Shown: positions 19,965-30,700 of the stretch, piece by piece
Layout: the number at the start of each line of letters is the position of its first letter
Position numbering within the stretch: the stretch's first letter is position 1
Assembly: GCA_050633245.1 (NCBI GenBank)
Contig: JBOEGD010000002.1
Coordinates: 87,006-151,005, forward strand
From: Calditrichia bacterium
Lineage (GTDB): Bacteria; Calditrichota; Calditrichia; RBG-13-44-9; J075
DNA length: 64,000 nucleotides
Reading direction: 5' to 3'
Notes under the pieces: generated by a model
Databases searched by the model: none
Told to the model about the DNA's origin: nothing
The model's input: only the letters and a program-made list of their open reading frames with translations
Program-made: the position numbers and the translations under genes

Positions 19965-22613
19965 TTATTCGTCGTCACTCTCGTCATCGAGCAGGCCACC
20001 GTTCCGCTTTGGTGGCGAAGGCAGCATTTTTGATTTCAGTTGAGCTGGATCCGGCTCAGAGATTTCAACCTCTTCAAGTTTCTTACCACGGGCCGAGATC
20101 ATTTTCTCACGAGCGCGAGATTCCGGGGGCAGCTCCGGCATAAATGGCGATCCGGATCCGGCATTATCTTCACTTCGGAATCCGACCAGCACTTCACCAT
20201 CAAGCGTAAGCAGCGGTGTTCCCGGTGGTTTAAGCCTTTGCTTGCCACCACGATCGACAAAAGCAGCACGTCTTTCCTTGGTATTTAGTTTGGCGCGCTT
20301 GAGCTCTTCATAAATCAGATTTGAGGAAATCTCGGTAAAACCGTATTTCTCCGTATTCAATGCATCGCTGATTTTCTTTGGTCCAAACTCGGGAAATTCA
20401 CGAATAATATCATACATCTTTGTCTTAACTTCAATACTAAGATGTCTTAAACCAAGATTTGTATAGCCATGAAGCATTTCGCGAAGCAGATCGTAGCCGC
20501 CTTCTTGCAAAATGCGGCGATAACGGTAAAAAGTTGTCGGTGAAACACCGGCTTCTTTACAGACGTCTGCAACAGTCTGACTATCTTCTTTATTTTTAAT
20601 TTCTTCGAATAGCTTCTGAAACGTATTCACTTTAACATCGACAGCTGCCATGTTTTCTTTAATCGCCACCAGGGTGATATCGTCATTTTGATCAAAGCCC
20701 TGCGTAAAGTTCATAATATCCGCTTTAATGGCTTTCACAAACTCAACCACGTCCAGACTACCATAGCGTCTGATGGCTTTTAGAAAACGCTCTTCCCCAT
20801 AAAGATCGCGCTGCTGGTTCATCGCCTCAGTAATACCGTCAGTATAGAGTACCAGCACATCATCCGGATGCAGACGAATGCGATCGGCCTGAATGCGCTC
20901 GCCAAACAGCTTAATGTCTGGCAGCGTAATACCAACCGGAAAACCTGATGGATTCAGATAGAATGTTTCTTTACTCTTTCCCCGAAATAGAATCATCGGG
21001 TTGTGTCCGGCACTGGAGAAAGACACAATGCGTTCGCGTGAGTCTAGAATAACGTAGAACATTGTTACAAACATGCCGCGACGAATATCGTCTGTGACAA
21101 AGCGATTTACTTTGGCCAGAATATCTGCAGGATTGCTATTTCCACGCGTCTCGAGTCTCAGTGAGGTACGAATCATCGTCATAACCAACGATCCCGGAAT
21201 TCCCTTACCAGACACGTCAGCCACGCATACGCCGATCGACTGATCATCCACTTCAACAAAATCAAATAGGTCTCCGCCTACTTCCTTGGCAGATTGATAA
21301 TAAGATGCTATATCGTAACCAACAACTTCTGGAAAGTCGTCTGGCAGCAGCATCTGCTGAATTTCCTGTGCGACCTGCAATTCTTTATGCATGCGCTGCT
21401 GCTCGATTACGCTGGTTTGCGCTTCGCGAAACTTGTTGGTCATTTCATTAAATGCTACGGCTATCTCTCCTACCTCATCACCGGCATCGATATCAATTTC
21501 ATCCTGATCGGCCTGACCGGTTCCAACTTGGCGCACCCACTCTGCCAGCTTGTGAAACGGTTGGGTAATTTGAATTACCAGAAATGCCACAATCGCCATT
21601 ATCAGAGAAAACAGGATAAGCACAAATAGCAGCGAACGATTGCGTTCGGATGCCACTTGATTTGAAATTTTATTTTCGTTCACCGAAACGACTGCATAGC
21701 CTAGCGGTTCGTCATCAACATTTTGTAGCTTTACCGGAGCAATAAAGTAGAGTAGTGTTGAGTCGCCGGCTGCTTCATAAATCGTAACGTCTTCACGGGT
21801 TTCCAGTACGTTCAGCATACCGGTATCAAATTTTTGGCCCAGCTGTTCAACCGCAAATGGGGATACGGCAAGAATTTCCAGCTCGCTGTTGGTAATTACC
21901 GCCTGCTCGAGCAGCGTGTTGCTGCTCGATCTGACGATCTGAGCATTTTCATTTAGCAACGGGCTGTTTTCTTCCAGCAGTAGATCCCAATTACTGGCTG
22001 CAAAATTACTGGCTGTCGCCGTTGCTTCAGCATACACATCGCTGCGCACCGAGCTGGACGTACGATATTGAAGAAAAATAAAAGATGCAAGTGCCAGCAA
22101 AGCTCCCAGAGCTCCGGATAACAAGAAGAATTTTCTGCGGAGTGACAAGCCCTCGAACCAGGCCATAATTGGCTGTTCATGAACCGGAGCTTCGCGGTGC
22201 TTAGTAAGACGTAACTCGTTGCCGGCACGTGTAAGGTTGTATTGGATATCGTCCATGAGCTTACGCATCATCAGGATACCAAGACCACCCTTTTTACCAT
22301 AATCTACATATTTCTGCAGGTCGGGGTTCTGTGCTTTACGCGGGTCGAAGTGTTTACCCTGGTCGATAATAACCATAGTAATACTTTGACGACGGATAAT
22401 TACGCGAATGGTAATCATTCCGTCCTTTACATCCATGTAGCCATGACGAATAACGTTCGTGCAGGCTTCATCTACAACCAACTTAAAAGAATTGATGACT
22501 TTATCGGCAAGTCGGTATTTCTTACCGTTTTGCTCAATAAAGTCCCGTATCTCTTTGAGATAGGCCATAGAGGCTGGGACAATTAGCTCTTCTTTTGAGA
22601 CGTTTTTAAACAT
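19965..22613 (-). CDS. Multidomain membrane signalling protein: RsbW-type HATPase kinase - TM - periplasmic sensor - TM - HAMP - SpoIIE/PP2C phosphatase - tandem HTH
   Basis: HATPase EACTNVIRHG / IDQGKHF / GGLGI; two hydrophobic TMs; HAMP DEVGEIAVAFNEM; PP2C EVGGDLFD, ADVSGKG, SAGHNP, YTDGITEA, DDITLV; HTH TVADVCKEAGVSPTTFYRYRR. Confidence 0.9.
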   Translation of the reverse strand: MFKNVSKEELIVPASMAYLKEIRDFIEQNGKKYRLADKVINSFKLVVDEACTNVIRHGYMDVKDGMITIRVIIRRQSITMVIIDQGKHFDPRKAQNPDLQKYVDYGKKGGLGILMMRKLMDDIQYNLTRAGNELRLTKHREAPVHEQPIMAWFEGLSLRRKFFLLSGALGALLALASFIFLQYRTSSSVRSDVYAEATATASNFAASNWDLLLEENSPLLNENAQIVRSSSNTLLEQAVITNSELEILAVSPFAVEQLGQKFDTGMLNVLETREDVTIYEAAGDSTLLYFIAPVKLQNVDDEPLGYAVVSVNENKISNQVASERNRSLLFVLILFSLIMAIVAFLVIQITQPFHKLAEWVRQVGTGQADQDEIDIDAGDEVGEIAVAFNEMTNKFREAQTSVIEQQRMHKELQVAQEIQQMLLPDDFPEVVGYDIASYYQSAKEVGGDLFDFVEVDDQSIGVCVADVSGKGIPGSLVMTMIRTSLRLETRGNSNPADILAKVNRFVTDDIRRGMFVTMFYVILDSRERIVSFSSAGHNPMILFRGKSKETFYLNPSGFPVGITLPDIKLFGERIQADRIRLHPDDVLVLYTDGITEAMNQQRDLYGEERFLKAIRRYGSLDVVEFVKAIKADIMNFTQGFDQNDDITLVAIKENMAAVDVKVNTFQKLFEEIKNKEDSQTVADVCKEAGVSPTTFYRYRRILQEGGYDLLREMLHGYTNLGLRHLSIEVKTKMYDIIREFPEFGPKKISDALNTEKYGFTEISSNLIYEELKRAKLNTKERRAAFVDRGGKQRLKPPGTPLLTLDGEVLVGFRSEDNAGSGSPFMPELPPESRAREKMISARGKKLEEVEISEPDPAQLKSKMLPSPPKRNGGLLDDESDDE

Positions 22614-22746
22614 AGAATCCGGGTATAATGCTCTTTAATTAAAACCGTCTAAAGTCCGGTAAAATAAAAGATAAAGTGGATATGGAACACCGGTTGCATT
22701 CAACATAAAGAGTATACCCCGGTGATCCAAATTTTTTATTGACGAA

Positions 22747-24693
22747 TTACTGATTTTCTCTAGTGCGTTTTATACGATCTTCGACCGTTTTAATTGCATT
22801 CTGAAGCTTTTCATTGCTCGGATATTTTTCAGCGAGTCCGCGCCAGATTTCCGCGGCTTCTTCATAGCGACCTTTAAGAAACAATGCCGTTCCGCTACGA
22901 TAAACAACCTCGTCTGCCGGCTCCATCTTATCTGGTCCGGTGGTTCCACCAAGCCCTCTGCGCGAGCGTTCAATATACTGGCGAATGGCCTCATTAGACG
23001 GGTCGAGCTTAAGCGCTTCTTCAAACACACCAAGAGCAGCCTGATAGTCGCCGGTATCGAACATTGCAAGACCCTGTTGCACGTATTCCTGAATCTTGAT
23101 ACGGTTAGCAAGAATATTAATCTCTTCTTTCAATTCAGGTGATTCCGGAGCAAGAATTAAAGCCTCACTCAGCAGTCTGAGAGCATCCGAGAAGTTGGCC
23201 TGAGTAAATTCCTGACGCGCCTGGCTAACCAGCGTTCGGACTTCACCATTCAAGCGACGCTGCGTTGTGCGCAGTGCTTCCTCGATAATTTCATCATCCG
23301 GCCGACGTTCGAGTGCAAGATTAAATTCTTTCAGGGCATCGTTATACTGCTTCTTCTCGAGGAAGAGTTTTCCCTTTTCAAAGTGCAGCTCGATGTAGCG
23401 CTGATCTTCTATCGCCAGCTCCGCATCTACCGCCTGAGAAATAGCTTCCTGCTGACGTCGATTAAACTGCTTTTCGATAAGCGCATTCGCACTATCGAGA
23501 CCGGCCTGAGCCTGTTTGTTAAACGGATCATCAGTAATGACCTTCTGATACTCTGAATACGCATCGAAGAAACGATCATCCTTCAAGAACTCCTGTCCCT
23601 TCTGCATGCCGTCTACAATTCGACCCTGGCGATCTTCTTCCTTCGTTCGCTCTACGAGCTCGCGCTCGCGACGCAGACGTTCTTCTTCAGCGAGAATAAT
23701 TTTTTCTTCACGCGTTTTGCCAAGGTTAAACGTGACCGAGAAACGATGTCCCGGAGGAAGTGCACCTTCATCGCTTAAGTTACTAAAAGAGTAATCGATG
23801 TCCATAAAGCGATATTGAATACCGGCTCCAAAAGTTGGCGCATTGCGATCGAACCCGGCGCGCAGCGTTCCAAAATCACGAAAGCCATATTCCACGCCCA
23901 TATGCAGACTGGTGCCGGAAACTTCCCACTGAGCAACATCAAACAGAACATTCATTTTCCCACCGACGCCAACCGGAATGGTTTTCATTAACCCAAAGGT
24001 CAGCTTGGTAGCCACATCTTCAGGGTTGGGCCCAGCCTTCACCTGAGGTTGAATCGCGTTCAAATAATGAACGCCAATGGAAAGATTGCGCATTAGTGCA
24101 TTTTCAAAATCAGGGCGATAAAGCAGTCCAAAATCGAGTCCGAAGGCACTACCGTCAATATTGTTTTCGCTGAACGACTGACGCTGCACTTTAAACGTAA
24201 CCCCGGGCGTAATACTGAACGGAAGCTTTTTCGCGTAAGCGATATAAATTTCCGAGTAGGTGAAGTCTGCCCCATTGGTTCCCAGAATATTATTCTCATC
24301 GGTATACTGAATGTCATTCACACCAATACGAGTAAGACCAATACCGATCGACCCGAAGTTCAGCGTTGGATAGAGAAAACCGAGAAAGTCCAGACTGGTG
24401 CCATCTAAAATTAGCGGGCTGTGAAACAGAGAGAACGAAACCTGCGGCGCATATTCCAAACCTGCCGGATTCCAAAAAACTCCGGTTGGATCATTAGCAA
24501 GCGCAACATAGGCTCGACCAAGTCCATAGGCTTTCGAACCAATTCCAGCCTCATGAATAAGGCTTTCCGTGCCGCCATCACCGGTTTGCGCGAGCAGAGG
24601 CATCCAGCAAAGCATGCACAAGCAAGCCAGCATCAACAGCATTGATGTCAGATTCAGGTTTCTCTTATTGTTCGTCATAATCATCTCACTCAT
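22747..24693 (-). CDS. PorV/PorQ (UPF0164)-family outer-membrane beta-barrel fused to a C-terminal coiled coil and TPR repeats
   Basis: Signal peptide; GIGSKAYGLGRAYVALANDPTGVFWNPAGL family signature; barrel end IDYSF...HRFSVTFNLG; then TPRs (ALKEFNLALERRPDD, ALGVFEEALKLDPSN). Confidence 0.85.
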   Translation of the reverse strand: MSEMIMTNNKRNLNLTSMLLMLACLCMLCWMPLLAQTGDGGTESLIHEAGIGSKAYGLGRAYVALANDPTGVFWNPAGLEYAPQVSFSLFHSPLILDGTSLDFLGFLYPTLNFGSIGIGLTRIGVNDIQYTDENNILGTNGADFTYSEIYIAYAKKLPFSITPGVTFKVQRQSFSENNIDGSAFGLDFGLLYRPDFENALMRNLSIGVHYLNAIQPQVKAGPNPEDVATKLTFGLMKTIPVGVGGKMNVLFDVAQWEVSGTSLHMGVEYGFRDFGTLRAGFDRNAPTFGAGIQYRFMDIDYSFSNLSDEGALPPGHRFSVTFNLGKTREEKIILAEEERLRRERELVERTKEEDRQGRIVDGMQKGQEFLKDDRFFDAYSEYQKVITDDPFNKQAQAGLDSANALIEKQFNRRQQEAISQAVDAELAIEDQRYIELHFEKGKLFLEKKQYNDALKEFNLALERRPDDEIIEEALRTTQRRLNGEVRTLVSQARQEFTQANFSDALRLLSEALILAPESPELKEEINILANRIKIQEYVQQGLAMFDTGDYQAALGVFEEALKLDPSNEAIRQYIERSRRGLGGTTGPDKMEPADEVVYRSGTALFLKGRYEEAAEIWRGLAEKYPSNEKLQNAIKTVEDRIKRTRENQ

Positions 24694-24714
24694 ATATCGA
24701 CCTGTTCAGGTATT

Positions 24715-27700
24715 TTACTTGATATATACAACTTTTGTCTTCAACTCTTTGGTTTGTCCACCGTCTAATCGCAGACGCAACACAGCGGCGTACACTCCGT
24801 TAGTGACGCGCTTACCCTGGCCATTCATGCCATCCCAGCTAAGATCACCGTCACTCATTCCGCGCGGCAGCGTCACCTCATCCAGTGCAATAACCAGTCG
24901 ACCAACCAGCGTATAAATACGCAGCTCAGCAGTTCCGGCAGATTCCATCCAGAAGTTAAAGCGGGTGCGTCCCTGATCGGCTGCCCCGGTAGCAAAGTTG
25001 GTACTCTGCCCAAATGGATTCGGGTAATTGCGGAACAGTGATTCCCGTTCTTCATCAATCACCGTGATAAAGCTGGACTGAAATTCCAGCGACAGGCGAT
25101 TCAGCGGCGCATCGAGGATCTTATCGATTACTTCAACGCTGGAAGCAAAGGTGCCCACTTCCTGCTCCGCACGCACATCGTCCAGACGCATGGCAAACTT
25201 ACGACTCGGTGCACCAGATGCAAGGTCCATCAACACCACCAGGCGTGTAGGCAAATTATCAATAACCTCTGCGGATGGATTAAACTCTACGACAAATGGA
25301 TTTGCCGTAGCACTGGTTATCTGTAATTCGCCAAACACGTCCTGCACGGGGGTTTTACCGGCAAGAGAGTTTAGGTAGAAATCTTCACTTACCACGCGCA
25401 CGCGTGAAATAAGCGTTTCCGGGTCAAGAATAGGTTCATTATTCGCCCCGTCACGCAGCGATAACGTGAAGTTGCGTATTTGGGTGGTCTCATTTCGGTT
25501 CGGATTTGTGAACTCCAGTCCAAAGGCCGGCACATCAGGCTCACCCTGGAAGAAGTTGTTCTCACGTTCAACACTAAATTTCTCGACAAAGACCTGTCCC
25601 GCAATCATATTAATAAAAAATGTCAGCGAGTCATTCTGCACATCGACAGTACCACTGGTATTGTTATCTGTGGGCAATCCCAGGAAGCCAATACCAATTT
25701 CAGTATTAATATTCGTATCTGCCGGAGCAACCAGCTGCCAGGTTACGATAGCAGAATCGATTGCATTATCAATCGTAAAGTTCTGAACAGCTGTGCTGCC
25801 ATTTGTTAACTGAAATTCAGGACTGTTCACGCGAAGCTGGACAGCTCCATTTCCATTCACGTCGGCAACACCAAGATTTTTAATAACGGCATTGATAACA
25901 AATTCCTGCTGCTGCGTAATACGGAGTAGATTTTGTCCAGTAGTCGATCGCAGATCAATAAGCGCACGTCTCTCGGTGGTAACAGATGCCGTAAGAGAAT
26001 CTTTCACTATGATAGAACTGTTGTTGCGGTCAATTCCTGTAACCAGAACCTTCAGCGTGCCACTTTCCGATCCGGACGGCAAATTCTCAGGAGCCATAAT
26101 CGGCCATCGGGTAGTCGCTCCGCTAAAGTCACGGATCGAATCACCCGGCGTAGCATATTGATAGCCTTCCGGCAAAAAGAGAGTCGCTTGCCGGTTAATC
26201 ACGTTACCCGGCGCCTCAATCGTCACGTCCACATTAAAACTCTGATCCGTTGATACGGTTTGCGGAGCAACGACAGACAGCACGCTGATTTCCGGCATTT
26301 CATCGATGTTTATTCCGATCGAATCTTTACCTACGCTTACAAAAGCGGCCGCATCGGTATTCACATCAAAAGGCACCGGATCAATAATCGCGCGCACAAA
26401 AGACTGCGTGGCAAATTTACTGAGTTGTGTGTAGAGGTCATCGATATCTGCTTCCAGCTGCTGTTTTTCAAGCAAATCGGACGCACTTCCACCACCTTCG
26501 TTTACCTGTTGACTGCTCTGTAGGCGACGAATAACATCTGCGTGCAGCTCGCTCTTTATGCGAATATCGTCTTTCACTTTTGCAGCTTGTGTGCTTACAG
26601 CTGCCCGGATTGTCCAGGTTAATGAATCACCGATTGCAAATGGCTGCTGAACATCTCCCTGAACAACTTGCAAACTATCACCCAGCTCGAGCCTGATCTG
26701 ACCTTGTGGCGTGTTTCCAATTTCTGCTTCACCATTATTCCTAACCACCGACTGATAGACAAATTCCTGTCCAAAGCTCACGGTATTATTTGAAACTCCA
26801 CTGACAATTTCACTTTCGAGTACCAGATTCGCGCGTTCAACAAGTTCAAGAACGAAGTCTAATTCATCAACAACCACGCTGCCCGGATTATTTCCATCTT
26901 CACCGCGCATGGCAATCTTCAACGTAAAGGGTGCCGCTTTCTTATCTGAAGATTCGCCGTCTTTCACCGCTTCTTCTTCTTCTTCGGTATTAGGCATTGC
27001 ATCCGTCTTTGAGACGTCCTTTTGCAGTACCTGTGGAGCAAAGACTTCCCAAAAAACAGTTGTATCTGGTTTGAAGGTTTTAACCAGCGTGTCGGCAAGA
27101 AATCCTGCCCCCGCCGGCAACAGCAGCTCGGCAATCAGATCTTCCTGCGCAATATTTCCGGTATAGGCTCCTTCTACTCTCAGAACAAATCGTTGACCGG
27201 TTGAGAGCGTGTTATCTACGGCACCGGCAGGCTCGATTATCTCGGCGAGCGCAACCTGCACGCTGGCACCGCTACCGACGACAACTGGTAATATCACTTC
27301 AGGCGTTTCAAAAAATGCCAGCGTATCCGGAAAGTTGTTATTCTGATCCTGCACATCGCTATCGATAATCGTTGTCGTAAAATTTACATCCCCCGTGTCG
27401 GCAAGCGCATTGAGCGTGAACGTAGCTTGCCCGACATTATTAGTCAGCTTGATATATTCAGTTATCTCACGTTCCTCAGGAAGTGTACCACCAACGATAG
27501 TCATTAAGGTATCCACTGCAAAGCGAACAAGCACCGAATCGGGAGTCGTAATCGCTGTTCCGGTATTATTCAGGATAACACTGACCGGAATATTCGTTTG
27601 ATTTTGCGAGAATTGAGTATTGGTATCAAACGAAAGTGTCAGTGCAGCACGTTCAACGGTGACCACTCCGACTCTGTCGGTCTGATCGATAACTTCTGCC

Positions 27701-30700
27701 GGCACACCGGTATTTGCATCCGGGGCAGCTTTTACGAGCGTAAATTCAATCTGTCCGGAGGATGTTGTTGCGGTATCCGGTGCCTGAACGCGAAGCGTGT
27801 CCGCGCCGTCAGTGGCAATCATCAATGTGGTTTCAGTTTGCATATCCGAGAATTTATAGCCGGATGGAAGTGCCACGGTTACGAGATTAGTAGAATCAAT
27901 TACGGTTCCAGCCTGCCCAGAGTCCGGAATTTCAATTTTTATATCGAAGAACTGCTCAGTGCTCACCACACCATCCAGCGCCCCACCCGGTTCCAGTATT
28001 GAGCCAACAACAGACAGTTCCGCTCGGCGAACAGTTTGGACAGGAATAAGAAGATTATCAATAATAATCGAGTCAGAACTTGCAATACGTTTACCTGTGA
28101 ACTTAAGCTGAATATTTTGCACCGGAGTAGCTATATCCGGAGCAATAACACTCCATTCGATTGAGCCATTGCTGAATGGTAGCGGCGTCTCGAGTGTGTC
28201 ATTTCCGCCATTGTATCCATCTGGGACAATAATTTGCGACTTAATGGTATTTGTGTCCACTACGGTCGGATTAAACAGATAGTCTGCCTTTACCAGAAAC
28301 TCCTGGCTGGTAGAGACCACACCGTCCCTCGCACCGGCAGGCTCGGAAATTCGTTCATTCGAAATAGCAGCAACCTGATTGATAACGGTAATGACAGCGG
28401 TATCAAGTGGTGAAGACTTAAACGCGATCGCCGAGGTATTTGCATCGACAACCGTATCAGCTGCAATTGATGCGATCAGCGTATCATTCGTCGATTCAAA
28501 AAGTCCATCGAAGGTCAGCAGTACTTCCCCTCGCGTTCCGTCTTCCTGATCCAACTGAACAGCGAGGGTGTCGCTCGTCATCGGGCTCAAGCGAATACCG
28601 TTCAGTCCGGAAGTATCTAATATTACTGTGACCAAATTTGGAACAATACCTGCGGTACCAATATTTTGCACAACTGCCCTGGCGGTAAAGTTACTGGTAT
28701 CAACCAGGCTCGGTGCAAGAAGCTCGAGAGTAAGATCTGCGCGATCTTCAATTAACATCGGCTGAGTGAGCGTCCGTGTATTCAATACTGCAGGCTCTCC
28801 GGAACTTGCATCACGGGATGTGTCAATAACCACAGCCTCTAGCCCACCAAACCGGGGTTCACTTCCAGCCCATATACTGACGTCAACCGTTGTGTCCGGG
28901 AACAGCACAATATTTTCAGTGGAATCGGTTAGCTGTTCATTAAAATAGAAACCGCGATTTGAGAAATCGAGTCGCAGCTCAGTCGAATCATTCGGCACCA
29001 GAGCCCCGGTTCCGGGAACGCGATCGACCGTAAGTGACCAGGTGAACTCCTGAAAGGTTGAAACCGTTGCATCAAGTGCACCGTCGGGCGCAGTAATAAT
29101 ACCACTAAAAGTCAGTCCGGCTTTTGTCGTGACGTTTACCATGTCGCCAACTGTTGTGTCGGCATAGGTAGCGCTCTGCAATGGCTTACGCGTATCGGAA
29201 AAACGACCGGTTACATAAGCCGTTATGTCTCCAAGAGGCACGCTGTTTAAAACCGTAAAATCACGCGTTAGCGTAGCGGTTGCTCCCGGAGAGATCACAA
29301 CAGGAAAATTCGGACTAATTCCCGTTGGCTGCCACGAGAACGTAATATCAACATTATCAGAATCTGAAAAGACGCCGGTCAGTTCACTAATTGATGCTGG
29401 AGAGCCGCCATCGTTGCGAAGGGTATATTCAATTTGAACTCCCGTCTGTCCGCGATTAATATCATTCGGAATAATATTTATTCCTGCAACGGTAATTTCA
29501 GCATCGGGTAGAACTGTGAGTTCGGTTGCAGCAGTGGTATCAAATCCCTCAAAGGCATCACCATTTGGCAAGGTGCCGCGTATCGAATAGTTTACCGGGT
29601 AGATTCCGGAAGCAAATCCGGTATCAAGCGCTACGCTGGTAAAGTTAATGATACTGGTGTCGGGAATAATGTCCTGCGTTCCTCGAATGGTAAAGTTACC
29701 ATCAACCAGTGCCTGGTAAGCGTTACCGCCATCGGTGAATGACAGTGTTGACGTAGACGGATCGACCAGCAACGTTGTGTTACCACTATTACTAAAGCGC
29801 GCACTAAAAGAGACGACTTCTCCATTTACAACAGAGTCAGGAGAAATGGAGCCGCCTACATAAGCAATGTCAATTCCGCTGACAATTGTGAACGAAGTTC
29901 CCGGGTCGGTATAGTTAATCTGCTCGGCACCACCGTTCAGCACAAAGTCTGCCGATGCGATTATTGCACCGGGCGAGACCAGTGGCAGATCAAATTCCCA
30001 GCGAAAGGTCGCCGTTCCCTGCGGAATTTCTGTGACAGTATCCACACGAGTAATCGGAATGAGCAATGCGCCCCCACCGGCATAGGCAAGAGTCAAGTCC
30101 ACCGACTCGACGGTTGCAGGTAGTGAATTATTCTGAACCAGCAGGGCAATGGAAATAGAGGTGTCACCGGGTGAAACTTCGTTTGGAATTACAGTCAGTT
30201 GGCTGACAAAAAGATCGCCACCAACGCTGATATTTTGTGAGGAATTGACTTCCTGAGAAAAGGCTGCGCCAAAGGTCGTTCCATTTACATCAATAAAGAG
30301 GCGGAAGGTTCCCGGAATCGTCAGCACGATATCCTGCGACTCAATACGCACCGTTTCACCCGGGTTAAGCGTCGTATCCGATGTAACAAGATCAATAGGA
30401 ATACCGATGTTTACCGTAGCGTCATCGGTTTGCTGAAGGCGAAGTTGTGTATTGCCGTCCAGCTCCAGTCGCGAACCACCATTGTTAACCAGATCTACCA
30501 CAACACGAGCCGTTGCGCCGGTATTGTAAAATTGGTCAGACAGCAGCGTATCGAACGCCACATCGGAGGGTTCCGAAACGGTAAGCGTTTCAAGGTTATC
30601 TTGAATAGTTTCCAGAGCAGCGCCAGTATTGACATCGCTCCCCTGCAAACGTGCCCCTAAAAAGATTGTAGAGTCAGGTCCGTTCAACACAATATTGTCG

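Noticed and set aside
20256-20580. IS481/IS630-like transposase fragment as a mobile element or pseudogene
   Set aside because: It is in frame within an intact 882-aa gene, with no DDE domain, terminal repeats or target duplication, and a diverged paralogous domain sits in the next gene. Treated as a domesticated domain.
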